Source of the DNA: Mayamaea pseudoterrestris
Lineage: Eukaryota
Direction of reading: 5' to 3'
DNA: 64,000 nt
Assembly: GCA_027923505.1 (NCBI GenBank)
Contig: BROI01000003.1
Span: forward strand, 1-64,000
Shown here: one piece after another, positions 35,101 through 45,626 of the stretch
Position numbering within the stretch: the stretch's first letter is position 1
How the letters are laid out: every line of letters begins with the position of its first letter
Notes under the pieces: model-generated
The model's database searches: none
What the model saw: the letters and a program-made list of their open reading frames with translations, nothing else
What the model was told of the DNA's origin: nothing
Program-made: the position numbers and the translations under genes

Positions 35101-38100
35101 AGTATAACGTAGCCGAAAGATGATTGCACGCTCGCCCATCCCTCAGTGTGGATTTCGGTCAAAGACGCTGGGTCCTTTTTCACGTGACGGACGAGGACCC
35201 TTCGAGACAAGACACCATATGCATCATTCACCTTGTCTTTTAAAACAGTAACAACGCTCCCTTTCGGTAGACATGCGATTGGCTTCGAATCTATAGACTC
35301 GTTCTCTCTCAGTTGACATCCCATGTGACCAACAACTCGAAAAGAACGATAAACTAAACGCTTTGATCCTTGGCTTTCTGACGACTCCGATGTAGCTCGA
35401 AGCTGTGTCACTCTAGAACGCTGAACGTGTCCAAGATAGCCCAAAGGACCGTTATTTTCACCATCAGCATCGTCACAACGACAAATAATGCAAAGATCTG
35501 CTTCATTTTCCGTAACGTCGGCCTCGGCGACGTTCAATGAAGGTGCAATCGTTGCCGCAAAAGCAGCCTGTTGCTTCTTCATCTTCGCCATTACCCGTTG
35601 TTGCGCTGTTATTCTAGCTTCCTTTGCCTTCGTGCTAGCCGCATCAGATGGGCTCATGGCCAGCTCTCTCTTCTTCGGCCAAAGATCGGGTAGTTCTGAA
35701 AACATTCCGTTGATTGTTGATCGTACTTCACCATCAATGGTCCACGAAGAAACACTGCTTTCGCTTGCAAAAGGACGAGCAGATTGAAAGCCAGCTTGGG
35801 ATCGAAAAGGGATACCTGTCGTCGCACTCTTTACTGCTAAATTTACACTTGGAGCACCGTTAACAAGAGAGTGGACAAAGCGGAGGAGCCACTTGAGACC
35901 GCTTGATGACAACGATCGAGCACCACCATGGTCGTCGGCGTCAGTTTTTGCAAAATCGCCATCATCCGAGTCAAGCACAGCAGCATGATCTGTCCTATGC
36001 TCATACAATGCAACAAGTAGTCCCAGAATCGATCCGCGCTTTTCTCCACTTCCACTAGAAGATAAGGGTCCTTCGGGGTAAGGTTTCAATGCCCATACAT
36101 CCTTTAAGCTATCGGGCACCTGTACAAGGCGATTCAAATATGAGTTGATGGACAGGCTAGCAGATAACATTTTCGATTCTTCGTCCAAATCAGGGAGCAA
36201 CATATGAAGTGAAGCGCATTCTTCAAGAGTATGGATTTGTAAAGTTAATAGCTGAAGTATCTCTAAGAACGAGACTGACGAGGAAGCCACTGTTTCCGCC
36301 GTAAATGGAGCCGTATCGGCGCTACTTCGTCTTCCGAGTGAGCTTGAAGAAGGACTTTGCAAGACACGTCGGGCAATCGACGTTGAAGGAATTTCTTCAG
36401 AAATCTGTGTGCCGTGGGTACTTGACGTCTCGACAATGACAGGAATGACCGGCTCGTCGGCTACTTCATCAAATGGGACCGGTTCGTGTGGCGGAAGCCA
36501 CGATCCCCCGGTCAAAGCGAAGAGTAGGAATCGCCGGAGCGCAGCGTCTATGGATGTCAAATGAAGAACCAATCTGCAAGGCAGAAACCTTGGGTGCGCT
36601 TTTGGGGGTGGACATACCAGAGGTAGGCAAGTAGCGTCAACAAAGTCCTTGTCGACGCCGACTTTCTGCTTTCGCAGCCTTGCGACAATATCCATTGCAT
36701 GCTGGTGCTCGTTCCGATGTAAGTGGAAGAAAGTAGGGTCATATTCGTCACAGACGTCTGGTTTCAGTTCATAAGAAGGAGGACCAGAGGCCGCTCGAGA
36801 TGAACTTGGTGTTTTTTGTTTAGCAATTTCGCGCAGCACTTCAGAAAATACATCGCGGACTCTACTGACACTTCCCTCGCTTTCCTCTCGTCGGGATATA
36901 CTGGCAGACGCCGCAGATAAAGCTTCGCTGTGGGAGCGGGGTTCCGCAGCAAGCGCATGGAGAAGTTCTCGGCGGATAGTCTGCTTAAGAGGTACATCAT
37001 CGTCAACCGACGCTGGAGGCGGTGGCGGCAATTCTGACACAACAACACAAACAGTGGCAAAGAATGATTCAGATAGCACTAAGGCCTGCTCTGGGTCACC
37101 GAGACGGGGCGGCTGAACCCATACATAACCATTTGGCATAGATACACCACTTGTTGATAAGGTTTGTATCCGTCGCTCGGGGTCACACAAAAATCCATCC
37201 ATGTTAAAGCGACTGAGCATGAGTGCAAAAGTTCGCCGTGCACCGAGGCCGCAACTCATCCCAGCTGCCGACAATTGCACAAGCAACATGTCAAGGTCAC
37301 GGAAGGAGCGACATAGTGGAGTGCTTGTGTAATTCATTGCCATGCCCGCGACAGAGCTACCATTTCTTGCCCAAAGATGTCTCTCAATTTGTTGCGCTGC
37401 TGCGATGCACCGAAGCGGATGATCTGCCAACGAGTGGATAATCTTCGTGACGGCAATGTTGGCGGAAACAGTCCTCGATCGAGACTTTCGGCGCTGCGCC
37501 TCTTGCGCTGAACATTCTGGGCCCGAGCTCCATGTAACTCTACAATTTTGGTAACGCATTATTTTACCAATGAGAGGAACAAGCGGATGCTGCTGTGAGG
37601 TTGATGAGTCTGCTAAATTTTCGGCATCTAGTACAGGAATCTTCCACCAAGATCCTGACGAGGTTGTTCGCGTAGAGGTAGGGATTGCCAGTCCCAAAGC
37701 GCTTTTTATGCATTTAGCAAGCGCACGATGCAGTGGCAGATGAAATGACAGTGAATCACCACCAAGAGGAGAGTGGGGAACTCGAAGCCAGTCAATCATC
37801 GCAGGGACAGGCGACGCTACTTTTGATGCCCCCGGGCCTTTTGTAGACCGCATTACATGCTCACGCTCAGCAGCTTCAGCTCGAAGAGCATTTTCGATCA
37901 AGGTAAGCTGATTCTCTGTCATTTTTATCCCAGTGGCACAAGCTAATGCTACAGCGTTTGGGGTATTGTTTGAGGCCTGTGAAATGAATTGAGAACAAGT
38001 AACATGTAGGGTACTACGTTGCAAAGTTTCAGCCTGGACAATATCATGGCCACCGTGGGCAGGAGACAAGGGAAAACCAGATTCCAACACCCCCTCTTGA

Positions 38101-41100
38101 TATAACCACTGTTTGATTTCACGTATTATGGCTGCGATAAAATTACCCGTCGCTTCTCTGATAACTGGCAAGTATGTACCATCGTCTAGCGGATGACCAA
38201 GTAACGAAGCTGTTGACGTACTAATCGAGCTCTCAGCTATGGCGTCACGAGTCCCCGCAAAGTTTAAACTCAATCCAAAGGCTTCCAACCATCGACTTTG
38301 TTCATATTCGACGTGTCCACCAGATATCTTTCTTTTCTGAGGATCCATTCCCTGTGCAAGACGAAGCATTCGCACATAGACCGCAGCAAACGATAAGAAA
38401 TCATCTCTCGCAGACGTCGACAAAGGTCCATGGTAGACTGGAAACTTGTTTGGCAGCAGAAGTCGAATGGCTGTACCAGTTGTCTCAATAACATATTCCA
38501 GATCTCGCAGCAGGTGTGGAAGGCGCTTATGCCTTGTCGATCTCGAATCCAAGAACCCATCATCGGATGCAGCAGGAAGGAGTGTCAATAGGGGATGTTC
38601 ACCGGCGACGTATGTCAGTGAAGGAAAAAGTCGATCATTTCTCATGGCAAGACCATCATCTAAACTGTCGTCGTCGTTAGCACCAGATGTGTTTTTCATT
38701 ATCATGCTGACTTCTTTTGTAGCCCCGAGTAAATTGGTATGTATACATCTGGTTATAGTGTGCGCAATGGGTGACATGAAAACCCCTATCGAGGCGCCAG
38801 GAACATCCTCTTCTTGCAACTTGTCGGATAGCAGCAGCTTCTCCGCTGCTGGAAGGTAGCCGAGCGCCCGAACAAGACTAGCCGCAGTAAAAATTTGTAC
38901 CGTGAAATGTAACGGTGTATCAGATTCAGTTCCAACGCCTGCGCAAAATAAAGTGCTAAGCGGCCGATAGGCGACACCAATTGCGCCAGCAAATCGACAG
39001 CGAAATCGAGAATCTGTCAGTAGAGATAGTAAAAGTGCATGTAAAGTTGCGCGCGCAGCTTTAGTTGGATAAGGATCAGTTAGTAGAAGCATGAGGATAG
39101 GTGACATAGGGACTCGGAATGAAGAATTTGCCAGCAAATGGCGCAGGTCCATGGGGCTGGGAAGCGGCGGTCTAACCTCGTCTAATTCATGAACTTTGCT
39201 TGTTCCAATTCCACTAACCATGTGCAACCCAGGAAGTCTATGAGGGAAAACGCTGCTCGTCAGTTGATCAGCCTCTGCCTGCTTGCGAAAGTCCGTATCA
39301 ATTACGTAGATTGTTTCTGACAATTCATTCTTGACAAAAGAGTCCATCATTCCTGTCTCCAGTCGTTGCAACAACGGGTGCTTTAATTCTGGAGACGCTG
39401 TGGCCGTATATGACGACGGAACAGTACCCCAGAGTGCGTGCGGTGATTTCTTGTATCTGTCTGACGGCAGTCGCCACCCAACATTAGAATAAAAACAATT
39501 TGGAGCTCTGGTTAATAGCACAAATTGCTCTGGTTGCGTCGACATGGCAATACCATGCAGTAACTCAGACTCTTCTCGCGTTACGTAGCTCGACAGCAAA
39601 TGCGGCGGAAATGCATCAAATCTTTTGCTGAGTATCTCCTCCTCGCTCAGGATATTTTCCACACCAGCCCACAATGGCATCATGCGCGCCTGTCTCCAAA
39701 CATGCACCCCCGCTAAATCATGCTCGGGATCGACTTGCACCAGCGCATGGACCGTCAACGCTGCCGCTGCCGGATGCGCAGCTGCCACTTCCTGCAGCCA
39801 AACGGTCAGATTCTTTGCTCGCATTTCCAGTTGCACCTGCGATACCGAAACGACAGCACCGTGCAGCCCCCGACTCTTTAACCGTCGGAACCCTTGCATG
39901 GCGGCTGGTATTCTCGAGTATGTCTTGACTGTCACTTGGCCATCCGAGTCAACATGCTGCGTCATGTCCTGTGCGCGTTCCCTCGCAGTGACGAGCGACT
40001 GCTCCCCAACACTACCAGCACCCACAGTGCGGCGACCAGGACGTGTCTCATGGAGCGCCGCGATAACTTCCTCATAAGTATGCACATCATCATTGTGGAG
40101 TCGCAGCTGCAAGTGATACCCTTCGGGCAGAGGCAGCACTGTGGTATTTTCGGATTCCTGGAGGTAATGAACAGGTGTCACAACGGATCGAGATGCATCA
40201 AATCCACCATCTGCAAAGGCTTGTCCATTGGCGATTCTCGCCGCCTCCTCGGCCCACTTGAGTCGCCACTGCGTCGCGTCCGCACCAACGGCAGCGCCAT
40301 CAAACGACTCGACAATGGCATGAACGGCCGCGCCAATCACAACTCCCAACGCCGCCAGTACCATTGGCTCGAGTCCACATTTTGAAACGGCTAATTCACC
40401 TTGTTTGTATCCTTTGGCGCACATGGCAACTGCTTCCATTGGATCATTCTGACTCGCTTCCGTCGCTTCATCGTTTCCTTCCTCTGGTCTATGCAAATCG
40501 CAGCACCCACTCTTGGCCCATGCTTCCACATCCCCACAGTCGCAGCATCCACCCGGCGTGGTGCGATGAAAGTAAACCTCATGGCCATTGTGATTCGACT
40601 CTCGAAAGCAAGCGTCGCAAATGACGCAGGTTGGATCCGTTTGGCAGGTGCGACAGTTCCAAGCAATGTCGCCGCGCTGAAAAACGTAGCCACATGGATT
40701 GCGAGTCTTCAAGTTAATCTTTGTAGCGTCCGCTTGTAACAGTGTCACGGTGGATGACTTTTTCTTGGAGCCGCCGCTTCGTTTCAACGTTGCTGCATCG
40801 CCCATCAACGTTGCATCATTTCCACTGCCACTATACTGCGCTATCATGGCATCCGCCCATTCCTTGGCGTAGCTTGGATGACATCCGGCGAGGCGCGAAA
40901 AGACACTCTCCGCCAAGACGGACAGCGACGGAAGGACGCGCAAGTTATTGTCAGCATTGTATTTCCAAAGCTTGACATCGGCCTCGTAGGCTTGCTTGAG
41001 CACCGCAACATTCACTTGATGCAAGCTGTAGGGCGCCGCGTCGGGCTTGACAATGCATCCGCCGGGTATAAATTGATGTGACACCAGCATGGGATAGAGG

Positions 41101-41171
41101 GGCCGACTCGTGCTCGTTGTCGTTGGTGGTGGCTGCTGCAGCCGCGAGTGGCTGGTGGATGGAGAACTCAT
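32148..41171 (-). CDS. UBR1: UBR-box N-recognin E3 ubiquitin ligase (UBR1/PRT6-like), 3007 aa, intronless
   Basis: UBR box (CGYVF..WNCRTCQTDPTCVICDACF..GGCCDCGD), ClpS-like LHNDDVHTYEEVI, split RING (CIIC...CGHAAHLTC...EFLCPLCK) and C-terminal YVDEHGEED.GLRRGRPLFL. Confidence 0.93.
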   Translation of the reverse strand: MSSPSTSHSRLQQPPPTTTSTSRPLYPMLVSHQFIPGGCIVKPDAAPYSLHQVNVAVLKQAYEADVKLWKYNADNNLRVLPSLSVLAESVFSRLAGCHPSYAKEWADAMIAQYSGSGNDATLMGDAATLKRSGGSKKKSSTVTLLQADATKINLKTRNPCGYVFQRGDIAWNCRTCQTDPTCVICDACFRESNHNGHEVYFHRTTPGGCCDCGDVEAWAKSGCCDLHRPEEGNDEATEASQNDPMEAVAMCAKGYKQGELAVSKCGLEPMVLAALGVVIGAAVHAIVESFDGAAVGADATQWRLKWAEEAARIANGQAFADGGFDASRSVVTPVHYLQESENTTVLPLPEGYHLQLRLHNDDVHTYEEVIAALHETRPGRRTVGAGSVGEQSLVTARERAQDMTQHVDSDGQVTVKTYSRIPAAMQGFRRLKSRGLHGAVVSVSQVQLEMRAKNLTVWLQEVAAAHPAAAALTVHALVQVDPEHDLAGVHVWRQARMMPLWAGVENILSEEEILSKRFDAFPPHLLSSYVTREESELLHGIAMSTQPEQFVLLTRAPNCFYSNVGWRLPSDRYKKSPHALWGTVPSSYTATASPELKHPLLQRLETGMMDSFVKNELSETIYVIDTDFRKQAEADQLTSSVFPHRLPGLHMVSGIGTSKVHELDEVRPPLPSPMDLRHLLANSSFRVPMSPILMLLLTDPYPTKAARATLHALLLSLLTDSRFRCRFAGAIGVAYRPLSTLFCAGVGTESDTPLHFTVQIFTAASLVRALGYLPAAEKLLLSDKLQEEDVPGASIGVFMSPIAHTITRCIHTNLLGATKEVSMIMKNTSGANDDDSLDDGLAMRNDRLFPSLTYVAGEHPLLTLLPAASDDGFLDSRSTRHKRLPHLLRDLEYVIETTGTAIRLLLPNKFPVYHGPLSTSARDDFLSFAAVYVRMLRLAQGMDPQKRKISGGHVEYEQSRWLEAFGLSLNFAGTRDAIAESSISTSTASLLGHPLDDGTYLPVIREATGNFIAAIIREIKQWLYQEGVLESGFPLSPAHGGHDIVQAETLQRSTLHVTCSQFISQASNNTPNAVALACATGIKMTENQLTLIENALRAEAAEREHVMRSTKGPGASKVASPVPAMIDWLRVPHSPLGGDSLSFHLPLHRALAKCIKSALGLAIPTSTRTTSSGSWWKIPVLDAENLADSSTSQQHPLVPLIGKIMRYQNCRVTWSSGPECSAQEAQRRKSRSRTVSANIAVTKIIHSLADHPLRCIAAAQQIERHLWARNGSSVAGMAMNYTSTPLCRSFRDLDMLLVQLSAAGMSCGLGARRTFALMLSRFNMDGFLCDPERRIQTLSTSGVSMPNGYVWVQPPRLGDPEQALVLSESFFATVCVVVSELPPPPPASVDDDVPLKQTIRRELLHALAAEPRSHSEALSAASASISRREESEGSVSRVRDVFSEVLREIAKQKTPSSSRAASGPPSYELKPDVCDEYDPTFFHLHRNEHQHAMDIVARLRKQKVGVDKDFVDATCLPLVCPPPKAHPRFLPCRLVLHLTSIDAALRRFLLFALTGGSWLPPHEPVPFDEVADEPVIPVIVETSSTHGTQISEEIPSTSIARRVLQSPSSSSLGRRSSADTAPFTAETVASSSVSFLEILQLLTLQIHTLEECASLHMLLPDLDEESKMLSASLSINSYLNRLVQVPDSLKDVWALKPYPEGPLSSSGSGEKRGSILGLLVALYEHRTDHAAVLDSDDGDFAKTDADDHGGARSLSSSGLKWLLRFVHSLVNGAPSVNLAVKSATTGIPFRSQAGFQSARPFASESSVSSWTIDGEVRSTINGMFSELPDLWPKKRELAMSPSDAASTKAKEARITAQQRVMAKMKKQQAAFAATIAPSLNVAEADVTENEADLCIICRCDDADGENNGPLGYLGHVQRSRVTQLRATSESSESQGSKRLVYRSFRVVGHMGCQLRENESIDSKPIACLPKGSVVTVLKDKVNDAYGVLSRRVLVRHVKKDPASLTEIHTEGWASVQSSFGYVILSPLASICYMNTTWGSTRPIVKQCGHAAHLTCVETHMLSLHQRSAADQPYDGRFAANIREGEFLCPLCKQLSNVLIPRDNFDAVGDVTVSKPDIECSSLPQARPIRALLTGKRMSELTSDNFQGLTRDALSKFGIHLYNAMSAVSDNGRNKRNKQQQHWNKAIRKWDYEEETLEDHEADEETNECNIGGILRLLRQQLIAWSAFGYGASAAESATRSVEEKLPFGVVSLTNEPWPGFNAESKDSHPMLLEAMRTLTAASRHLDVLCLEMKETFVHATHSDDRVWVIGALLADIIDGRSWFSSNGVENCSSGGNATSALWSELTAQVASMPCHVARDGALLQRCEARATASEMWTVKGIGTESNRKDEPPTPLAVNQLLMLGLPHVQRDWGSTNPYVSQVRDDFAAPFRPGIAAAFLYKPLLIWDLHSLAGAIFSSVLANNLYDLPSSGDLCNIAQILLLARLIQAISTPFDICLSLEAEDDEESCWSVTEQMSEGTALTTLVTYCRSMITKKSLQPLDEMLIDGSIEASPTQLLSTVGDAILPFARSLVLMLRATSAVIRQRGLKDAKRSTVVSPDDDRLLSCILDNEFMSQEDGFYLLKILGGPYPSALINSQGPWKSLIDDWLMSAVGFELHHGSMGKSCLLVGNTMKHTSRLQHTRKYDSSEDDMEGSTSQIEMEVDEDTDRMNESTGSAYLNRHHMLMDDDVDESDEELSEVDGPEEVVDLGGQMVGGPIFQASSNNVSSLDSVGSEDFSSSGSEGEVDTDREFAHVSRAPILPYQPSTYAIEGIGPGRQGTLLECESANAVMADLSHLGLIHRRFTPTFSFIRLPTSFVELYNMVSKVKGRDDAPIDIHDEVSNSETAMCLLTGSVMRSGASRRQGVRSHRTPGACTLHARKHGSGIGLFFLVQKCTVLLIHNNKSAYCPSIYVDEHGEEDPGLRRGRPLFLNATRLQALEKMWRQHGIPREVAQIRSTSDRVIRDNWY

Positions 41172-41583
41172 AATGTGACTGGTTGCTCTGCAATTTCAGA
41201 AGGCTTATTTCAGTAAAGCAAAAAATCCGAATTGTATAGCGATTACAGTTGCAGGCAATTTTCGTCGTTTACTTTAATCTTTGCTGCCTTTTGTTGTGAT
41301 AAAGCTTGGATCGTAGGCCTTAAGATTTTCGCAAGTTGCTCCGGCCGGAAGAATTTTTAACCTTTTGCTCGACACTTAACCGGATGAATTAAAACTGCTC
41401 TATTACTGCAATTCCTTCTACTGCATAAAAAATCACTTTCTCTCTGTTTGTTAAAGTACTTTTGATGAATAAGTGCGGAAGAATCAAAGAGTCGCTGAGA
41501 TGGAGGTTGGTGGTGCGTTTGTCCGCGAAACGCAAGGACCGTTGAGTGCGAGCCTGTCGCAGAGCGACTTACAACGTTTTCAC

Positions 41584-41591
41584 TACCGGTA
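41584..41591. promoter_or_regulatory. TACCGGTA palindrome in the UBR1/UTP23 divergent promoter
   Basis: Extended palindrome ACTACCGGTAGT, ~120 nt from the UTP23 ATG. Confidence 0.6.
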
Positions 41592-41709
41592 GTCGTACCA
41601 TGACTCGCTGCGACTCTGGCTTCCGGCCAATCGTTCAATATACGTAAGATGATGCACGACGACTTTTGCAAGACAAGAGTTTATACTTGTACTACTATAC
41701 TACCAAATT

Positions 41710-42492
41710 ATGAGACACGGCCGCGCCAAGGCGGCTCGTCGCACGCTGCAGTTCCTCGCTCGCACGCAAAACTACAAGCTTCCCTACAATGTGCTGCTGG
41801 ATGGAACCTTTTGCGTCGCCGCCATGCGGATGAAAATTCCTTTGCGAGACAGATTGTGCAAGCTTCTGCAGCAGCAGCATGACGAAAACGACAAGGTGAG
41901 ACTGCACGTGACTAAAAGTACATTGGAGGAGCTAAAGGCATTGGCTGATTCAGCGACAAAGCATCAAGAGTACTTTCAGGAAGCTTACGCGTGGGTGCAG
42001 AATGCTGCACAAGAAGTCGTAAGATCCAACGAACCATCAGCTGTCAAGGACACATTCACCGACCCAGCATTGTCTGCCACGGCGCAAGATATACTACAGA
42101 CGCTCACATCAGACGCGGAGCATGCTTTGAAATACTTTTTAGCCTCGCAGGATGATCAGCTCTTGCACGCTGCCCGGAATTGCGCCGTTCCTTGCCTTCG
42201 CCTCCAGCGCACCGTCCTGTTGCTCGAGCAGCCGTCCAAAGTGGCGGAACTGCAGGACCGAGGATTGGAAAAGCGCAAATGGAAGGGAGCAGTGCCGGAG
42301 CAGGAAAAACACTTGGTGTCCATGGTGCGGTCCGAGCAAAAACAAATGCAGCAAGCAAGTGCACCACAAGCTAGTCGACTGCAGCAGCAACAGCGAGCCA
42401 AGAAAAAGGCCAAGGGACCCAATCCACTGAGCTGCAAACGAAAGAAAAGTGGAGGTGAAAGTGGCGAATCAAAGAAGCGAGTAAAAACTTGA
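41710..42492 (+). CDS. UTP23: rRNA-processing PIN-domain protein Utp23
   Basis: MRHGRAK..R..L.F, PYNVLLDGTF, YFLASQD and KKKAKGPNPLSCKRKK. Confidence 0.92.
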   Translation: MRHGRAKAARRTLQFLARTQNYKLPYNVLLDGTFCVAAMRMKIPLRDRLCKLLQQQHDENDKVRLHVTKSTLEELKALADSATKHQEYFQEAYAWVQNAAQEVVRSNEPSAVKDTFTDPALSATAQDILQTLTSDAEHALKYFLASQDDQLLHAARNCAVPCLRLQRTVLLLEQPSKVAELQDRGLEKRKWKGAVPEQEKHLVSMVRSEQKQMQQASAPQASRLQQQQRAKKKAKGPNPLSCKRKKSGGESGESKKRVKT

Positions 42493-42525
42493 GGATGCTG
42501 TCGTTTGATCGTGTATGCTATAGCT

Positions 42526-43316
42526 TTATTCTAAATTAACCGCGCAAACACTGCTCTTGAAGCGACTCTTATTGGTGTCGTCATTCTTGTCTAGGCGAGT
42601 GTTGAAACTGACGTAGATGGCTGTCTTCTTTTCGGCATCGTAGACTCGTTGCACTGCAACGAGTTTAAACAAGGAGGCAAGGCCGTTAGTCGTTACTATA
42701 GCAAGTAGCAGGCCATGATGCGTATCTATAACACTTGCAATGAAACACCCATTGTCGTACCTCTGAGCGTCTTGAATAGCAAACTCTTACTCTCCTGAAA
42801 GACCTCTTCTCCTTGGGGAGTCATATTGATATTGTCGGCCACGGCGACGGTCGGACTGCTCTTGACGCACGCTACGCTCGCGTAGCTTGGGTCCTGCAGA
42901 AAATTGGACGTCAAGCGCTCCGTGATGGGGCGCTGAAAGTTGGTAATATAGAGTGTCACACCTTTGATTTTGGGGTCTTCAAAGCGTTCAATCTCCAGCG
43001 TATCTTTAAAGATGAGGCCCGAGCCGCTGATTTGACCAATGATCTGAGACTCAATAGCACTCACAGGCAAGACAGGAGCAATGAGACTAGATGCGATGAT
43101 TGCGGCAGATGCAATTGATGTCAAAGTCTTTGCGAGCTGCATTAAAGGCGCGTCAAACCTGTCGCTTTTGGTTGGCTCTGATGGAACTGAGGCCGACAAT
43201 GAATCTTTCGAGGGTCGAACAAATCGCGCCGGTGAAACGTTCGAAAAGCCGTTTGCATGGCCAGCGAGCATCCAGAGATGAACAAGCACGGCAAGGAGTT
43301 TTTGAAAAGAAGCCAT
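42526..43316 (-). CDS. CreA-family protein with bipartite plastid targeting; 2 exons
   Basis: Intron 42654-42760. FEDPKIKGVTLYI, QDPSYASVAC, GEEVFQESKSLLFKTLR|VQRVYDAEKKTAIYVSF resemble bacterial CreA. Signal peptide ends ANG-F. Confidence 0.8.
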
Positions 43317-43482
43317 TCTATTGTTTTCGTGGTTGCCGACGATTATATATATTTTTGGACTACAGGAGATGGTGGATCGCACTCTGTTTTGCATGGAGTT
43401 GGCGAAACTGTGACGTGCGCGATGATGAAACTATGTCGCACCGTAACTAAAATCACTCATTGACATACTGTTAGAATAGTCG

Positions 43483-43490
43483 TACCGGTA
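43483..43490. promoter_or_regulatory. TACCGGTA palindrome upstream of the CreA-like gene
   Basis: GTACCGGTAC, ~167 nt from the ATG. Confidence 0.55.
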
Positions 43491-43612
43491 CAGACACTAT
43501 GCAAGAATTTTAGCGTGCGTTTATCAATATAAAATATGTGAGCAATTTACAAACATAATGACTTCATATGTGTACTTGTACTATGTATCACTGAGACAGC
43601 TAAACGCAACTC

Positions 43613-44980
43613 TCACTTCAATTCCTCGCTTGCGGCAGTAATGTCCGATAAAAGACTTTCGACTGCCCGGCCAACCGCCTGCAGATTCTTGTCAAATGCC
43701 TCTAGCTGCTTCATGGGGACTATGCTTTGCTCCTGTAAATAAGCTTTACAAAGGTAGCGAGTCTGAGCTATCGCGAGCTTGCAGTCTACCCGCTTGTCAA
43801 CAAATTCCTTGTAGAAATTCGATACAGGTTTGTTGCCTTCCAACTCCAAGCGCAAGCTGCGAAAGCATGGGCGGTTGACAATCATCTCCTCGCGCAAAAG
43901 ATCCATATTTACCTCATTCAACAAGGCAAGCAGGTGAGCAAAGGGACCGTTCAAGCGTTCATGAATCATGTTATAAAAAACTTGGCATGTTAGTAAATCG
44001 TCGCATAACTTGTCCAAGCGTTCGAGCCGCTGGAGGGTGACTTCTGCAGCACGCAACCAAATCTTTATCAAGCGGACTCTCGAGTTAATCAGGTCTTGTA
44101 GACTTGCTTGACATGGAATATGTAGCGACAATCGACCCGATGCTTTAAGAGTCAAAGCTGGTGATCCAGTGTCCCCATTCGTAGGGGCTGGTGCCTCAAT
44201 CGATGATGCATCTATGACACTGCCGTTGCCAAATTTGTTCAAATCCTTGTTCTGCGCGGCAACATCAGCATCGCCTTGCACTCCGGTATTGGCCAGAAAA
44301 GTGCTTGTAGCTTCTCCTCCCTCAGCCGTCGCCGCTCCATCCAGAGTTGGAGCCATCTTGTCCGGCCCGTCCCCGATCGCTCTGGATTCTTTGGTACTGT
44401 ATAGATCTAATACAAATGTAGTATCATTGCAAGTAACGTCCGATCCACCACTCTTTGACGCAACAGAACCACTCTCGGAGGTTGAAGAACTTGGAGGTGG
44501 TGATTTAAACAAATCGTCAAGAGTGTTTTCCGTCATGCTCAGCGACGCAGCACCTTCATACACCACAATTCGTTTTTCCAACGTGTTTTCGTCATGTTCA
44601 GCAGCAATCGCATTGTCTACACATGTCTCTTGCGCAATGACAACGTTCAAATTGGCTCGACAAACCTTGAGCGGACACTGGTTTTCCTCCAAAACCCCAA
44701 AATCATCGTCACAGCGTCTGCAAATGCCATGTTTACTTGCAGCAATGCAGCGAGCCACGAGCATGTTGGCATCGACCTTGTTACCACAATTGGCGCATTC
44801 AAACGTCGACAAATTTCCATGCTTGGCTGCCGTTTCGCCGTTGCTGCTTTGATGACGCTTCGGTGCTGGCTGCTGCTCGTCCATTGATGATGCTGCAGGT
44901 CGCTTTGGACCGTGTTCGCCCGTTGCTTCGCCACCCTTTGGAACAAGGATTGCCGGCTTTGGCGAATTCTGCGACGACAT
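43613..44980 (-). CDS. Hypothetical RING-like zinc finger protein with helical C-terminal domain
   Basis: CANC...C...H..CRRC...CPLKVC (C3HC4-like). Paralogous to the N-terminal half of the 48110-51350 gene. Confidence 0.7.
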   Translation of the reverse strand: MSSQNSPKPAILVPKGGEATGEHGPKRPAASSMDEQQPAPKRHQSSNGETAAKHGNLSTFECANCGNKVDANMLVARCIAASKHGICRRCDDDFGVLEENQCPLKVCRANLNVVIAQETCVDNAIAAEHDENTLEKRIVVYEGAASLSMTENTLDDLFKSPPPSSSTSESGSVASKSGGSDVTCNDTTFVLDLYSTKESRAIGDGPDKMAPTLDGAATAEGGEATSTFLANTGVQGDADVAAQNKDLNKFGNGSVIDASSIEAPAPTNGDTGSPALTLKASGRLSLHIPCQASLQDLINSRVRLIKIWLRAAEVTLQRLERLDKLCDDLLTCQVFYNMIHERLNGPFAHLLALLNEVNMDLLREEMIVNRPCFRSLRLELEGNKPVSNFYKEFVDKRVDCKLAIAQTRYLCKAYLQEQSIVPMKQLEAFDKNLQAVGRAVESLLSDITAASEELK

Positions 44981-45626
44981 GTTTGATATCAGGAATATCT
45001 GAATGAGGTTTTCGGCGAGGATGGTGAAAATGGAAAGTAGTTTCACAGGCGGCGTTAAACGACTATGAATATCAAGAGTGACTATAAAGAGAAAGTGAAA
45101 GTGAAAGACGACAAGTGTGTCAGAAAGGAGCTGTCATTTGAGGTTTTGATACAATCCTGGCGATCATTCCGGTGGTGTCACAATTTTTCTTCCTCCTCAC
45201 ACTCTTACGCTTGACGAATCTCGATACGCAGAAGTATGCAAGGATTGCAATGGCGAAAAATGGCTGTTGTGAGACGAAAGTCTTGTGGCTGCAGCTGGTG
45301 CTCTGCGGTTGTTCTTTCCCATCGAACAGGCGAGCAGATCTTGCGCATGTTGTTCTCACTCGGCGAAAGTGAGCACGTGTCGCATCGTTATTGCAGAGCG
45401 GATCAATCATGGATGATGCCGCGTTTTGCTATGCAGTTTGAAGATTACGCAAGAAGCTGTCTCGTAAACATGTGCACAAAGACGACTAACATTGTGGTCC
45501 TGGCAGCATGTAATATAAACAGATAAAAATGAATTTAGTTATATGAAACATTTGTTAACTGACCTTGTCCACGTACTCGCGCGTAATTACCCGCGGACAG
45601 CTTGCACACATACACGACGCGCCCCC

